Assembly (NCBI GenBank): GCA_948468045.1
Contig: CAOKGO010000001.1
Span: 15,215 to 79,214, forward strand
Reading direction: 5' to 3'
Length of the DNA stretch: 64,000 nucleotides
Origin: an uncultured Clostridium sp.
GTDB taxonomy: Bacteria; Bacillota; Clostridia; TANB77; CAG-508
Position numbers and translations under genes: made by a program. The notes under the pieces were generated by a model. That model saw only the letters and a program-made list of their open reading frames with translations. It had not been told where the DNA came from and searched no databases. Each line of letters opens with the position of its first letter. Within the stretch, counting starts at the first letter, position 1. This document shows positions 20,683 through 32,058 of this stretch, piece by piece.

Positions 20683-20997
20683 TTATGCAAATTTCACATT
20701 AAAGTCACTTAATACATCTTCTACTGCTACTGGTGTAACTTCACTTTCCTTTAATATTTTTAGTAATTTTTCTATTTTTGTTTCGTCATTTGTTAGGTAT
20801 TGTATCTTTTTATTTTCTATTCTTATACTTTCTTTTTTATATTCCGTTTTTACAATATAAATTCCAAATTTTGCTTTTTGTTGTTTTTCTGCTTCTTTAT
20901 TTGTAATTTTATAGTATGCTAGTTGAATGGGATAATGTATGCCAACCTCTTTTAATAATTTTGGATTCATAAATGTGCTACTGAAAAACGTTTTCAT
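20683..20997 (-). CDS. Hypothetical protein
   Basis: 104-aa ORF; no motif recognised. Confidence 0.45.
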   Translation of the reverse strand: MKTFFSSTFMNPKLLKEVGIHYPIQLAYYKITNKEAEKQQKAKFGIYIVKTEYKKESIRIENKKIQYLTNDETKIEKLLKILKESEVTPVAVEDVLSDFNVKFA

Positions 20998-21187
20998 TTA
21001 TTTTTCTCCTTTGTAAAAATTTTCCATCGTTTATGATACTACGTTTTATATCGCTTTTCAAGCACTTTTCACCGCAATTTTCGCTATAATATCTTCTCTT
21101 TTTACAATATTTTCCATTTTAATTGCGGATTCATGTTTTTATGACTTCGATTTGAATGTTTTGTATGTATGGTTTGACTTTTTATAT

Positions 21188-21258
21188 AAATTTGCTTTAG
21201 TAAATTTGTGTATAATGTATTGAGGTTATAGGAAAACCTAATTTTTTCCTATAACCTC
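21188..21258. repeat. Partial copy (H2 and H3 hairpins) of the composite intergenic repeat
   Basis: AAATTTGCTTTAGTAAATTT followed by GAGGTTATAGGAAAA..TTTTTCCTATAACCTC. Confidence 0.5.
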
Positions 21259-21287
21259 AAGATGGAGTTTTGCTATTAAAACTCTCT

Positions 21288-22154
21288 TTATTGTTGTTTC
21301 TTTAGTTGACAATATAATTCTGTAATTGTTGCTGCATTGTATGGATTGACATATAATATTCCTAATAATCCAAAAGTTAAAACTGATAAGAAGTACCATC
21401 CAAAAAAAGAGATGTCTAAAATAAATGTTTTCCATTTGTTTCCTTTCATCATTTGCTTAGAAAGTGCAAATGCTTCTTTTCTTGTGATTTTTGGGTTTTC
21501 TGCTAATATATATGGTATCATTCTGTATTCATATGTTTTTATAACTCCACCTATTATAGTTAAATACCAAAGTGCATTATATATATTCCTTAGAAGCATT
21601 ATACTTGCTATGTTCCACCAATGTTCTTTTTTAAATATTATTCCTATTACATTTATTTTAGTTCCACTTTCATTTCTTGCTTGTATGAAATATTTTCTGC
21701 CACCTACAATTAATGGATCTGCTATTAATATTGTAAAAGCAAAAGAAATTATAGCTCCAATACAAAGTAAAATTCCTAATTTTGTTTCATTTAGTTCAAA
21801 TAGATTTATGGCATCCCACACTTTAAAAATGTATTTTTGAGATTTTGTAACGCTGTTTAAATTTGCTTCAATAGCTTCAAGTGCTTTTATTTGTGTCTCA
21901 TTTAAAGTTTGTTTTATATTTTCTTCACTTAAAATTAATTCTGCTTCTCTTATGTCTTGTATTTGTGTTTTGCTTTTTTCTTTGTATAGTATATAATTAG
22001 GATTTATAGAGTCTTCTGATTGCCATACACCAATAATAGATGTTCCAAATTCGCCTGTTAGTAAGGCTAATAAGAAACATACTACAATTGCTGTCCAATA
22101 GTTTTTATATACTACTTTTTTTGCATTATCTTTTAGTTCTTTTCTATTCCACAT
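21288..22154 (-). CDS. DUF975-like integral membrane protein
   Basis: Start MWNRKELKDNAKKVVYKNYWTAIVVCFLLALL and multiple TM segments. Confidence 0.6.
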   Translation of the reverse strand: MWNRKELKDNAKKVVYKNYWTAIVVCFLLALLTGEFGTSIIGVWQSEDSINPNYILYKEKSKTQIQDIREAELILSEENIKQTLNETQIKALEAIEANLNSVTKSQKYIFKVWDAINLFELNETKLGILLCIGAIISFAFTILIADPLIVGGRKYFIQARNESGTKINVIGIIFKKEHWWNIASIMLLRNIYNALWYLTIIGGVIKTYEYRMIPYILAENPKITRKEAFALSKQMMKGNKWKTFILDISFFGWYFLSVLTFGLLGILYVNPYNAATITELYCQLKKQQ

Positions 22155-22166
22155 AGATTTCTCCTA

Positions 22167-22781
22167 TTATTTAAAAAATATATTTAATATATTGTTTTGA
22201 TACATTACTTTTCCTAAAGATGATTTATCTAAACTTTCATTTGCTATGTTATTAGGATTAATTTGTCCTGGTATTGATAAAATTAAAAGCATTACATATA
22301 TAATAAAAATTCCTCTTAAAATTCCATATATCATTCCACCTGTTTTGTTTAGTTGGTCAATAATTGGAAGTTTTGCAATAGCATCTGCAATAACTGTTAC
22401 AAATTTCAAAACTATTTGTACTACTACAAATAATACAATCATTGTACTTCCTCTTACTATATTTATTGATAAATTTTTTGCTGTTTGTGGTAACATACCA
22501 TTTTTTGCTGTTTCTAGTATTTCGTTTGCTTCTTCATTTTTACTTCCATTTTCTTGTATCATTTCATTCGCTTTTTCATAAATTGATTTTTCGATAGTTT
22601 CATCAATTTGTGTGTTATTTATTACAAAATTAGAAATCGGTTGATATAATACAAATGTTATTACTATTGAAATTACAAATGCACATAAACCTATTGCTAG
22701 TTTTACTAATCCCTTTTTGTATGCTAAAAAAGTTGATAGTAATACAATTCCTATAATTATTAAATCTACTATTATTCCCAT
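22167..22781 (-). CDS. CvpA-family membrane protein
   Basis: MGIIVDLIIIGIVLLSTFLAYKKGLVK.. with four TM segments. Confidence 0.65.
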   Translation of the reverse strand: MGIIVDLIIIGIVLLSTFLAYKKGLVKLAIGLCAFVISIVITFVLYQPISNFVINNTQIDETIEKSIYEKANEMIQENGSKNEEANEILETAKNGMLPQTAKNLSINIVRGSTMIVLFVVVQIVLKFVTVIADAIAKLPIIDQLNKTGGMIYGILRGIFIIYVMLLILSIPGQINPNNIANESLDKSSLGKVMYQNNILNIFFK

Positions 22782-22822
22782 TTTAATATCATCCTTTCTT
22801 TAATTGTAATTATTTTTCAACT

Positions 22823-24010
22823 CTATAAATTTATTATTTCAACCCTATCTTTATATATTATTCCTGCGATGTTGTTTGACATTACAATATTTGTAATTTC
22901 TTGGTTTGCAATGTAACGTTTTACTAGCCAACCATCTGTATTTATAAATTCTATTTCTGTTCCTAAGTTTAAAGCGATTATATTTCCATATGTATAAAGT
23001 TCTTTTGTTACTGCATTTACTGTATATTCTTTTGTTGTCTTATTGTCTGTTTGTATAATGCTAACTACTGAATCTGCTGTAAATAGTCCAGATGATTTTT
23101 CTTCGACTAATACAATATTGTCTGTTAGTTCTATTGATTGACAAATTACTTTTTTATTAGCATTTTCTGTTAGAACTGTATGCTCCTTACCATTTATAGA
23201 ATGAATTGTGTCAGTGTACATACAAATTAATTTTCCTTTGTCTTGATATTGAATGTTTGTTATTAATTTACCTGCTTCACTTTGAAATGTGTTGTCTAAG
23301 GAATTTGTTGCATCTGAGCTTGATGCTTTGTCAATTGAAATTGTTCTTATGCTAGATTGTATTATTGTTCCTGATGTGTCTACTTCTGCAATAGCCATAT
23401 ACTTATTGTCATTTGATATTGCTACATCTGTTGTTCTTGTTGATGAAAGATATGTTTTGAATTTTGATTTCCCTTTTCCTTCTGGGCTATACATTACTAC
23501 TACTGTTTTGTTGATATTGTCTGTTACAACTGCTGCTACATACCCATTTTTATTTACATGTACTTGTAGAATATTACCCTCTACTTCTGTTTCCCAAACT
23601 ATCTGTTTGTCTTCTATTAAATATAATTTTTTACCATTTTTTTCTGCCATTACTAAAAATCGGTTAGCAGAGTCATATATTGGATTAGATACTTGTACTT
23701 CTAAGTTTGTTTCTTCGTTTCCTAAGTTATTATATATAATAAAGTTATTTTTATTTAGAATTCCTATGTATTTGTTAAATGCATATATATTAGTACTTTT
23801 ATTTTCTTTTAGTTCTATATAATTTGCATTGTCTTGCCTTATTTCTTTTCTAAATATGTTTTTATCTACCCATTCTCTTACTGTGTTATTAGCAAAATAT
23901 ATTATTGATATTGTGATTAATATGATTGTTATTGTTGTTACTGTTATTATTGTTAGTATTTTCTTTTTGTCTAGTTTTTTTTCTTTTATTTCTTTCCAAT
24001 AGTCTTTCAT
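22823..24010 (-). CDS. Membrane-anchored hypothetical protein with a beta-rich ectodomain
   Basis: 395-aa ORF with a single N-terminal TM (ILTIITVTTITIILITISIIYF). Confidence 0.5.
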   Translation of the reverse strand: MKDYWKEIKEKKLDKKKILTIITVTTITIILITISIIYFANNTVREWVDKNIFRKEIRQDNANYIELKENKSTNIYAFNKYIGILNKNNFIIYNNLGNEETNLEVQVSNPIYDSANRFLVMAEKNGKKLYLIEDKQIVWETEVEGNILQVHVNKNGYVAAVVTDNINKTVVVMYSPEGKGKSKFKTYLSSTRTTDVAISNDNKYMAIAEVDTSGTIIQSSIRTISIDKASSSDATNSLDNTFQSEAGKLITNIQYQDKGKLICMYTDTIHSINGKEHTVLTENANKKVICQSIELTDNIVLVEEKSSGLFTADSVVSIIQTDNKTTKEYTVNAVTKELYTYGNIIALNLGTEIEFINTDGWLVKRYIANQEITNIVMSNNIAGIIYKDRVEIINL

Positions 24011-24233
24011 GGTTTTTCTCCATTTCTTATATATATTAAAATTGTGGTTATTTTTATACTTTTCTTTATTGTTTTTTGTTACTTATGTTATATCAGTTTT
24101 TTATGTTTTTTTCAAGGCTTTAGGGAATTTATTTTTTGATTTTTAGTTCAATTTTTATCTATTTTTTTGCTAACTACAATTTTTTCTAAAATAGGAGATA
24201 TAAAAATATTTGCATTCAAAAGGTAATTATGTT

Positions 24234-25268
24234 TTATTTCACTTTAAAATTGTTATTGCCTGCAAGCTTCAAAATCTGTACTAATCCTAAGTATCCAAAA
24301 ATAGGATACAACATACTAACTAAATTAGAAAAACCAATTTTAGAAACTAGTATAGATGTTATACACATAATTATCCCAACTTGTGTATAACTTTTTTTGT
24401 CTTTACATATATTTTGTAAAAAACTTGTTCCTAATGAAATTGATGTCGTAAATATTGAACCTAATATTATAAATCCATATCCATATTTTAATATTTTAAA
24501 ACTATTAGAAACCACATAGACTGCTGGCATTTCTAGCTTTGTTATATCAACATCAACTTTTACTAATAATAGAAAAATTATTAATGATAATATGCAAATA
24601 ATAAGGCTACTAATTGTTGTTATTTTTAAAATCTGTTTTCTATCTTTTAAATAATTTTTTAAAGTTATTAGTACTGGAATTAGTAAAATGCTATTATAAC
24701 TACTATATAAAATGCTACTTAAAATGAAACTTGATTGGTTTGCTTTTACAATGTAATCTTTTATATTTATAAAATTAATGCTTTGTAAGTTTATAATCCC
24801 TACAATGACTAAAAATCCTATTAAAATAGGAACTAATAATTCATTTGCTTTTACAACACCTTTTACACTTGTCATAAAAATAATAAAACTTGCTAATGCT
24901 AAAATCGAGCTTCCTATAAGACTATTAATACCTAATTCTTGTTCAAAATATGCTCCAAAACCTGCTATCATAATGAAAAATGTAATTAGAATAAAAATAT
25001 TTATAATAGTATTAATAATTGGTTTTAGTTTCTCACTTTTAGGAATTAATATATTTAAAAATTCTTTATAGTTTTTTACCCCATATTTGTTTACTATTTT
25101 TAGCGTTTTGAAAATTGTAAATCCCATAATTAAGCTAGAAATAAGTATTCCTATTAGCCCTTCTATTCCATAAGCAAAAAAGAACAAATACATTTCTTGA
25201 CCAGAGGCAAAACCTGCACCAATCATAGTTCCTATAATTACAAAAACAACTTTAAAAATATTTGACAT
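24234..25268 (-). CDS. YkvI-like polytopic membrane protein (transporter-like)
   Basis: N-terminus VFVIIGTMIGAGFASGQEMYLFF; about 10 TM segments. Confidence 0.6.
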   Translation of the reverse strand: MSNIFKVVFVIIGTMIGAGFASGQEMYLFFFAYGIEGLIGILISSLIMGFTIFKTLKIVNKYGVKNYKEFLNILIPKSEKLKPIINTIINIFILITFFIMIAGFGAYFEQELGINSLIGSSILALASFIIFMTSVKGVVKANELLVPILIGFLVIVGIINLQSINFINIKDYIVKANQSSFILSSILYSSYNSILLIPVLITLKNYLKDRKQILKITTISSLIICILSLIIFLLLVKVDVDITKLEMPAVYVVSNSFKILKYGYGFIILGSIFTTSISLGTSFLQNICKDKKSYTQVGIIMCITSILVSKIGFSNLVSMLYPIFGYLGLVQILKLAGNNNFKVK

Positions 25269-25284
25269 AGTGCTCCTATCTTTT

Positions 25285-25313
25285 TAGGATTTGGCGACGG
25301 CCCCATAATCCTA
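25285..25313 (-). terminator. Hairpin TAGGATT/AATCCTA with G/C-rich centre GGCGACGGCCCC
   Basis: Inverted repeat in the gap after the GldG-like gene; T-run on the plus-strand side. Confidence 0.5.
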
Positions 25314-25408
25314 TTTTAAAAAACCATACTCTTTCTAGTGTATGGTTTTTTTTGTTTTTTATTCATTTTGCCATTATTATTTAGACTTAAATCTGATTAA
25401 AAAATATC

Positions 25409-26935
25409 TTATTTTTTTCTTCTTCTTATTTGCCATATAATAATTCCTGCTATTATTATAATTATTGGTAATGTAAATATTATTGTCATTATTATTGTGT
25501 TTTGTTGTTCTGTAACTGTATATTTTACTGTCTCATAGTCTTTTCTAATTGTTATTGTGTTTTCTCTTTCTGTTAGGTATGCAATAGAGTTTAAAATTAG
25601 GTCTTTGTTGTTATATAGATTTACTGTTGACATTGCATAACCATTTATTTGTACCTGCATATCCATGGCAAATAGTTCGTTTCCAAAGATTATTAATTTT
25701 GATTTTTTGTTTTCTTCTATTGTTTTTGTTGCTATTGCTGCTATTGTTATAGTTTCTTCTTGCCCATCTTCTTGTGTTCTAGTTGGTGAGTTTTGTTCTA
25801 GGTTTGTTCTTACATAGGCTTTTTCACTTGTAGTTGCTAGAATTTCGTTTTCTACTCCTAATTCTTGTAATTTGTCTTGTTTGAATGTAATTTTGGCTGC
25901 ATCTACTAAGCATAGATTCATTGTCATATTTAGTTTGTTTGTTAAGCTATTGTCTCCTGTTTGTTCTATAATAAAGTCTGGATAACCAGCTACCATATGG
26001 TTACTGTCTCCTTCAAAGATTACTCCTTTTTCTATGGTTATTCCATATTCGTCTAATACTTTTTGGAAGTTGCTTAAATCAACATTTGCAATGTTTGGTC
26101 CACACATTAATAGTAATTTTCCACCATTTTTTATATATTCTATAATTCTATCTTTTTCTTGTTCTGTTATATCTTCTTTTAGTGTAGGAATTATTAAACA
26201 GTTACAGTCTGCTGGTATTTCTCCTTTTGCTAATATGTCTATTGATTCTATTTCATTTGCTTCTTTTTTTATTGATTCCATTATTGTTGAAAAATATTGT
26301 ATGTTATACATTGTGTGATTGCTCATAAAATATATTTTAGGCTTTTCGCCAGTTGTTACATCCATTATGGCATTTGTAATTGCTTCTTCCGTGACATCTA
26401 TTTGCTTTCCTGTTGAATAGTCATATGTGAATAGGTCAACGTCTGATAAAGTTTTTTCATTTTCTCCAGATTTTATTATAATTAAACTGTCTGTTGGATT
26501 TAATGAATATTTTTGCATTATATCTGCTCTTGCAGATAGGTCGTCTATTTTATCTATTTTTATGTGATTGTTCATTTCTATGTATCTTTCTACAAAGTTG
26601 ATTATTGATATATAGTTGCTATAATTTATTAATGTTATGTTTATGTCTTTTTCAATATTTCCTACTTTATCTTTTGTTTCTTGTGATAAAGAATATATTT
26701 TGTTTTCTGTGCAATCTATTTCTGGTAATACAACATTTTGTAATAATATGTTTATTCCTATATAAATGGCTATTACGATTGCTACTAATATAATTGTTTT
26801 TGTTCCATCTATTAACCATCTTTTCTTTAATGTGTTACCTATTTTTTGAAAGATTTTTTTGTTATCCCCTTTTTTCTTTTCTTTTGAGGAATTGTTTGTT
26901 TTTTCTGCTTTTTTATTTTTCACTTTTAATATCAT
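25409..26935 (-). CDS. GldG-like auxiliary component of an ABC-type transport system
   Basis: 508 aa with N- and C-terminal TM anchors. Gene order ATPase-permease-GldG matches GldA/F/G-type systems. Confidence 0.6.
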   Translation of the reverse strand: MILKVKNKKAEKTNNSSKEKKKGDNKKIFQKIGNTLKKRWLIDGTKTIILVAIVIAIYIGINILLQNVVLPEIDCTENKIYSLSQETKDKVGNIEKDINITLINYSNYISIINFVERYIEMNNHIKIDKIDDLSARADIMQKYSLNPTDSLIIIKSGENEKTLSDVDLFTYDYSTGKQIDVTEEAITNAIMDVTTGEKPKIYFMSNHTMYNIQYFSTIMESIKKEANEIESIDILAKGEIPADCNCLIIPTLKEDITEQEKDRIIEYIKNGGKLLLMCGPNIANVDLSNFQKVLDEYGITIEKGVIFEGDSNHMVAGYPDFIIEQTGDNSLTNKLNMTMNLCLVDAAKITFKQDKLQELGVENEILATTSEKAYVRTNLEQNSPTRTQEDGQEETITIAAIATKTIEENKKSKLIIFGNELFAMDMQVQINGYAMSTVNLYNNKDLILNSIAYLTERENTITIRKDYETVKYTVTEQQNTIIMTIIFTLPIIIIIAGIIIWQIRRRKK

Positions 26936-26974
26936 TCCTTTCTTTTAGCTTAATTCTGTTTAGAATTTACACTT

Positions 26975-27658
26975 TTATTTTACTAATTTTCTTCTTTGCA
27001 TAACAATTATTGTTAAGCCAATAAATAACATACTAAATAGTATTAAACTAATCATGTTTTCAAGCGAAATTACTCCTTGTGCAAAACTTGTGTAGAAATT
27101 TATTAATGCAAATCCTGAAAATATGCTACTTATGTCTGTTACAAATAGAGAAATAATTAAAAATGCTACTGTAATAATTCCTGCTATTATTTGGTTTTCT
27201 GTTAAACTAGAAGCAAACATTCCTACTGATAGAGATGCAATACTAATTAATATAAATCCTAACATTGCTGTTAGTACTTGAGTTATGCTTGGTTCTCCAA
27301 AAAATCTTACTATAAAGTAAAACAAAAATGATACTAATAGTGTGATTATGATAACACATAAGGCTGCCATTAATTTTCCAATTACAACTTGAAACATACT
27401 AGTTGGTGATGTTAAAAGTAATTGTTCAGTACCATTTTTTCTTTCTTCTGCAAACATTCTCATGGTTAGTATTGGTACTATTATTATTAGTCCATATAAT
27501 GCTGTATAGTAATATAATGCTCCTAAGTCAACACTTCCAGATGATAATACTGTTAAGTAAAAAAATACACTAAAACATAATAAGAAAATTCCTATTACTA
27601 CATATCCAATTGGGGATAAAAAATAACTTTTTAATTCTTTTTTTAAAATTGCTTTCAT
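26975..27658 (-). CDS. ABC-2 type transporter permease
   Basis: MKAILKKELKSYFLSPIGYVVIGIFLL.. with six TM segments, adjacent to the ATPase. Confidence 0.7.
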   Translation of the reverse strand: MKAILKKELKSYFLSPIGYVVIGIFLLCFSVFFYLTVLSSGSVDLGALYYYTALYGLIIIVPILTMRMFAEERKNGTEQLLLTSPTSMFQVVIGKLMAALCVIIITLLVSFLFYFIVRFFGEPSITQVLTAMLGFILISIASLSVGMFASSLTENQIIAGIITVAFLIISLFVTDISSIFSGFALINFYTSFAQGVISLENMISLILFSMLFIGLTIIVMQRRKLVK

Positions 27659-27777
27659 TTTATTAATATTCCTTTCTTAAATCTACAAATTTGAAATTTA
27701 TGAAATGTATTTATTCTACATTGATTAATTTTTAAATAAAATTTGCCTCTGCACAACACCAAATTTGTAATTATCTT

Positions 27778-28724
27778 TTAACCTTTTTCTCCTCCTTCGA
27801 TTAATTTCATAAAGGCATCTTCTAGTGTTGTGTCTGCTTTTTTCATTTCGAAAATTGTAATATTTTCTTTTGCAAGTTCTGCAAATATTGTTTTTCTTAG
27901 GTCTATGTCTCCTTTTGCTTCTATTATATATTGTTTTGTTCCGTCTTCATTTTCTTGGGCTAATTCTATTTTTTGTATGTCTTTGATTTTTTCTTGTATT
28001 GTTTTCATTTTGTTTTGTGGATCTTCAACTGTTACATATATACTATTGTTGCTTGTTACTTTGTTCTCTAAGTTTTCTGGTGTGTCTATTGCTATAATTT
28101 TACCCTTATTTATAATTACAACTTTATTGCATATTTGGCTTACTTCTGATAAGATATGTGAACTTAATATTACTGTATGTGTTTTTCCAAGTTCTTTTAT
28201 TAGGCTTCTTATTTCTGTTATTTGTTTTGGGTCTAGTCCTACTGTTGGCTCGTCTAAAATTAATATTTTAGGGTCTCCTACTAAGGCTCCTGCCATACTA
28301 ACTCTTTGTTTGTATCCTCTAGAAAGGTTTCTAATTAATTTTTTTTCTACTTCTTTTAGCCCTGTTTGTTCTATTATTTTTTGGATTTTTTCTTTTCTTG
28401 TTTTTCTATCTACTTTTTTTATTTCTGCCATGTATGTTACAAATTCTTTTACTGTTAAGTCTGTGTATAGTGGTACTCCTTCTGGCATATACCCAATTTC
28501 TTTTTTTGCTTTTTTGGGCTTTTTTAACATATCATAACCGGTCTACTATGATATTTCCGTGATGTTTGCTCGATAAATCCTGTTATCATATTCATTGTTG
28601 TACTTTTTCCAGCACCGTTTGGTCCAAGTAGCCCTACGATTTCTCCATCACCTATTGTGAAAGTGATATCATTTACTGCTACCGCTTTTCCATACTTTTT
28701 TGTAACGTTTTTTACTTCTATCAC
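27778..28724 (-). CDS. ABC transporter ATP-binding protein; continuous only if the C of two in-frame CGG codons is skipped
   Basis: Walker A GPNGAGKST is in ORF 28524..28724. Signature LSRGYKQRV and Walker B ILILDEP are in ORF 27778..28530. The junction reads ..GFIEQTS-G-NIIVD-G-YDMLKKPKKAKKEIGYMPEG. Confidence 0.85.
28538..28540 (-). other. In-frame CGG at +1 site (ABC ATPase, second site, GAC [C]GGT)
   Basis: In phase with GGA at 28558. GGT at 28539 is in phase with ORF 27778..28530. Confidence 0.85.
28557..28559 (-). other. In-frame CGG at +1 site (ABC ATPase, first site, TCA [C]GGA)
   Basis: (28724-28559) is divisible by 3. Confidence 0.85.
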
Positions 28725-28966
28725 AAAAAATTCCTCCTTTATTTTTTCTAATGTCCTATTGGTTTGCTTTTTTGGACATTTTTATGCTATTGGTTGCTTT
28801 TCATCTAGCAACATTTCCCTTTTAATCTTTACTATGTTATCATTTTATTTTTTTAATGTAAAGTACTTCACAAAAAATTTACAATTGGTTAAATTTAAAA
28901 TTTTTCTTGGAATATTTGCTTGACAGCTTATGTTTTTTGTGGTATTATTGTTGTTGTATTCTAAAT

Positions 28967-29043
<77 letters not shown>

Positions 29044-29173
29044 CGATATTATTATCCAAACCTTTTAAAAAGGGAATAAGCACAAAACATCTCAATTTAC
29101 AGTTACTGTACTTTGAGATGTTTTTGTTTACAATTTTATCTCTATATATATTAATTTATCTTTTAATATTTTT

Positions 29174-29487
29174 CTATTTTTTTAGAATATCTACCAATTC
29201 TTCATCAACATCTTTAATTTCACGATTTATTGCATTAAAAATAAACAGTCCATCTTTTTCAAGTATATCATATACTTTTTTCAGAACTTTTACTGCATCA
29301 CCTTTAGTAAAATGAACAAAAACTCTCCAACAAAAAACGGCTGAATACTTTTCATCAAACTCATTTTCTAAAACATTAAATTTAATTGTCTTTATACCTT
29401 TAGATTTTATCGAATTAATAAAATCTTCTGCTATATCACTTGCTGTTATCTCATATCCTAATTCTTCAATATATTTTGCATTTGTTT
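29174..29487 (-). pseudogene. 3' remnant of a class I SAM-dependent methyltransferase gene (no start codon; 5' part missing)
   Basis: The minus frame reads ..KYIEELGYEITASDIAEDFINSIKSKG..FDEKYSAVFCWRVFVHFTKGDAVKVLKKVYDILEKDGLFIFNAI..*. It opens abruptly next to convergent module 4. Confidence 0.55.
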
Positions 29488-29549
29488 GCTATTCAATAAT
29501 ATTATTGAATATAAGTTGACTTTTTTATTTTTTTTCAGTATAATAATTA

Positions 29550-29648
29550 TAGAAGATGAACGACCACAGTAATGTGGCGTGTCGCTAAATATTGTTTAAA
29601 AAATTTTTAAATACATCTCTAACGACCAAGCAGAGATGTGTTTTTTTC
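29550..29648 (+). ncRNA. Candidate antitoxin-type small RNA of convergent module 4
   Basis: Promoter is TTGACT (29516..29521), 17 nt, TATAAT (29539..29544). Terminator is ACATCTCT..AGAGATGT plus T7 (about 29613..29648). Confidence 0.5.
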
Positions 29649-29771
29649 GTTGTCTAATTTTCTTATTGTAACAAAAAGTGCCACAAATAAGGCAACAGCG
29701 ACAACAGTTACCATTGCAAGTTCTATAAATAGTATGTATATAAAAGCCAAATAAACTTGTTCAAATAACAT
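29619..29771 (-). CDS. 50-aa hydrophobic peptide, type I toxin-like (MLFEQVYLAFIYILFIELAMVTVVAVALFVALFVTIRKLDNEKNTSLLGR)
   Basis: SD GAAAGGGGG. Promoter is TTGACT-17-TATAAT (29860..29865 / 29837..29842). The 3' end overlaps the sRNA terminator. Confidence 0.55.
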   Translation of the reverse strand: MLFEQVYLAFIYILFIELAMVTVVAVALFVALFVTIRKLDNEKNTSLLGR

Positions 29772-30025
29772 ATGCATCGCCCCCTTTCATCAAGAAAGCG
29801 ACACTCCACACTCTGTTTTGCTCATCTTCTAGTAAAATTATACAATAGTCATACATCGAAGTCAATCTAATTTACGAAAATTTGTTTTTATAATTATAAT
29901 ATGACCATATTTTGATAATTTGATCTTTCCTATACAATAAGCTCTATCTAATATATTTTCAATTTATTATCTTCTTTTTTCATTTCACTGCGATATACGA
30001 GCAATTTAGTATTTATATCTGTAAA

Positions 30026-31517
30026 TTAATAAAATTTAACTGTCAGTGAATAAATATTGGTTTTTGCAAGTTTTCCTAAAATATTAGTAGTTCCTATATA
30101 TAAATCATTTCTTAGATTATCAATATTTATCGTATAAGAAGTAACATCATAATAAGTAGCATTTCCCCATGGTTGACTAACTTCAGCATACATTTCAGGC
30201 CAAGAAGATATAGAAGATGGATTAGTTGATGAAGCAAAAAATACTGGGCAGCTGTTTTTCTTATATCCATTCCAGTCACTACCAAAAGTCACATTAATTG
30301 TACAATTACGAGATAGTACAGGAACTTTCCAAAATACAGATGTGTGATTTGTTTTTGAGTCACCATATAATCCTATCTGAAGAAATTGAGATGAATACGT
30401 GTTATCTGCTTCAGGATATCGATTGTATTGATAAGTGATACTATCAGAAAGTATAGGTGCCCCTAAAGGTGTCTGATTAGCAGAAACATATGTTAGTGTT
30501 TTAGATTCAACTAATACTGATGAATACGATATTGTTTCCCTCTTGTTCCCTGCCTTGTCTACTGACAGAACATGCAAATAATAGGTTCCTGATGTTGGAC
30601 AATCTAATGTCAATGTATCGTTTGTTTCTGTTTTAAAACTGCCTGTATATTTGAATAAGTCTGCATCTGTTATGCCAAGTGCTGTACTTTCTATGGTAAA
30701 TGCATATTTACAGTTTTTTATATCAATTCCACTTAAAGTATCACTTTGTGAAACCGTCGCTGTAACTGTTTCTCCTAGTGTTGCAGATGTTGTATTAAAG
30801 CTAATTGTTGCTTCATTTGGCTCTTCTTTATCGATATTTCCTACATTTCCTGTTGCTTCACATACTACTTCATACAACTCATTTAGTAATTTTGCATAGA
30901 TTGCTCCATTTTCTTCCATAGTTATTTCTTTTCCGATATTTATTCCAACTTACACCATCTCTTGAATATTGTATTTCATAGGCTTCTGACACGTTACTTG
31001 AAGCTTTTATACTAACTGCTACATTCCCATTTGTCCATGTTTCGTTTGCTGGAGATGGGTTATAGGTAAAAATAATATTACTTTCTTCTAACTTTGGATT
31101 TTCACTTTCTCCTTGTTTTCCTACATATTTCACTTCATTTTCTGTTATTTTATAACCATATCCTTCTTTTGTTATCACAATAATGGTTTCATCGTTTCTT
31201 CGATTAACTTGGGAACCATCAAATTCTTGGTTTTTGGGAATTTCTTCTTCAAATTTATCTAAATAGGTTTTTGTACTCCAATTATTAATAACCTTATTTG
31301 GTTTTAACCCATTTCCTATGATTTTTAAAATCTCTTCATAATTTTTCTTTTTGGTTTCTTCTCCTGCTGTATTTGCTTTATTTAAAATCCCATTATCTCC
31401 TGTTAATGTCACAATTGAGATTCCTGCTAAGATTAATAATATAATAATTGTTATTACTAATGATATTAATGTTATACCCTTGTTTGCTTTTTTTATTTCT
31501 CTTATATTTTTCATCAA
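30026..31517 (-). CDS. Large pilin-like protein (prepilin-type N-terminal hydrophobic segment plus Ig-like repeats); continuous only if the C of an in-frame CGG is skipped
   Basis: N-terminus KGITLISLVITIIILLILAGISI. Junction TAT [C]GGA gives ..VSWNKY-G-KEITMEENGAIYAKLLNELYEV, parallel to the paralogue's ..KWTNYEKPILVGQNGPIFARLINELDEI. Confidence 0.7.
30933..30935 (-). other. In-frame CGG at +1 site (pilin-like gene 1)
   Basis: (31517-30935) is divisible by 3. GGA at 30934 is in phase with ORF 30026..30919. Confidence 0.8.
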
Positions 31518-32058
31518 CTAAATCCTCCCATATTTCTTTTGTTCTAATATAAAATTTTTATTATTATTTACTTCTTTTAAAATTAGTATACATTGCTTTT
31601 CAATTTGTTGTATTATATGAAATCAACTACATTTCACTTATACTTAAATAAGAGTTTTATTTCAATTTAAATTGTTATACTATTTTCAAAATAGTTTTAA
31701 TAATTTCTTTGATTATTTTATCAATAATTATTTTTGTTGTCAACGAGTTTGCATAATCACTTATTACCCGACAGTTTTGCTTAAATTGACATTTCAACTC
31801 ACAATTTAAGACACACTTTTAGAACTAGATTTATTGAATCTGAAATAGCTCCTGTTTTGGCTATCTTATATATCAATATAATTGGTATCTGTACAGAAAG
31901 GTTTATTTTTATTGCCTATGAATTTTCTTTGAAACTAAAAAACAAAAGACATTACCAATTACTTACTGATAATATCTTTTATATCTTTCATTATTTAACG
32001 CTTTAAATAATTCTTGCTTTTGAGTTAGATATCGCTTCTATCCACTTTTATATAAAAA

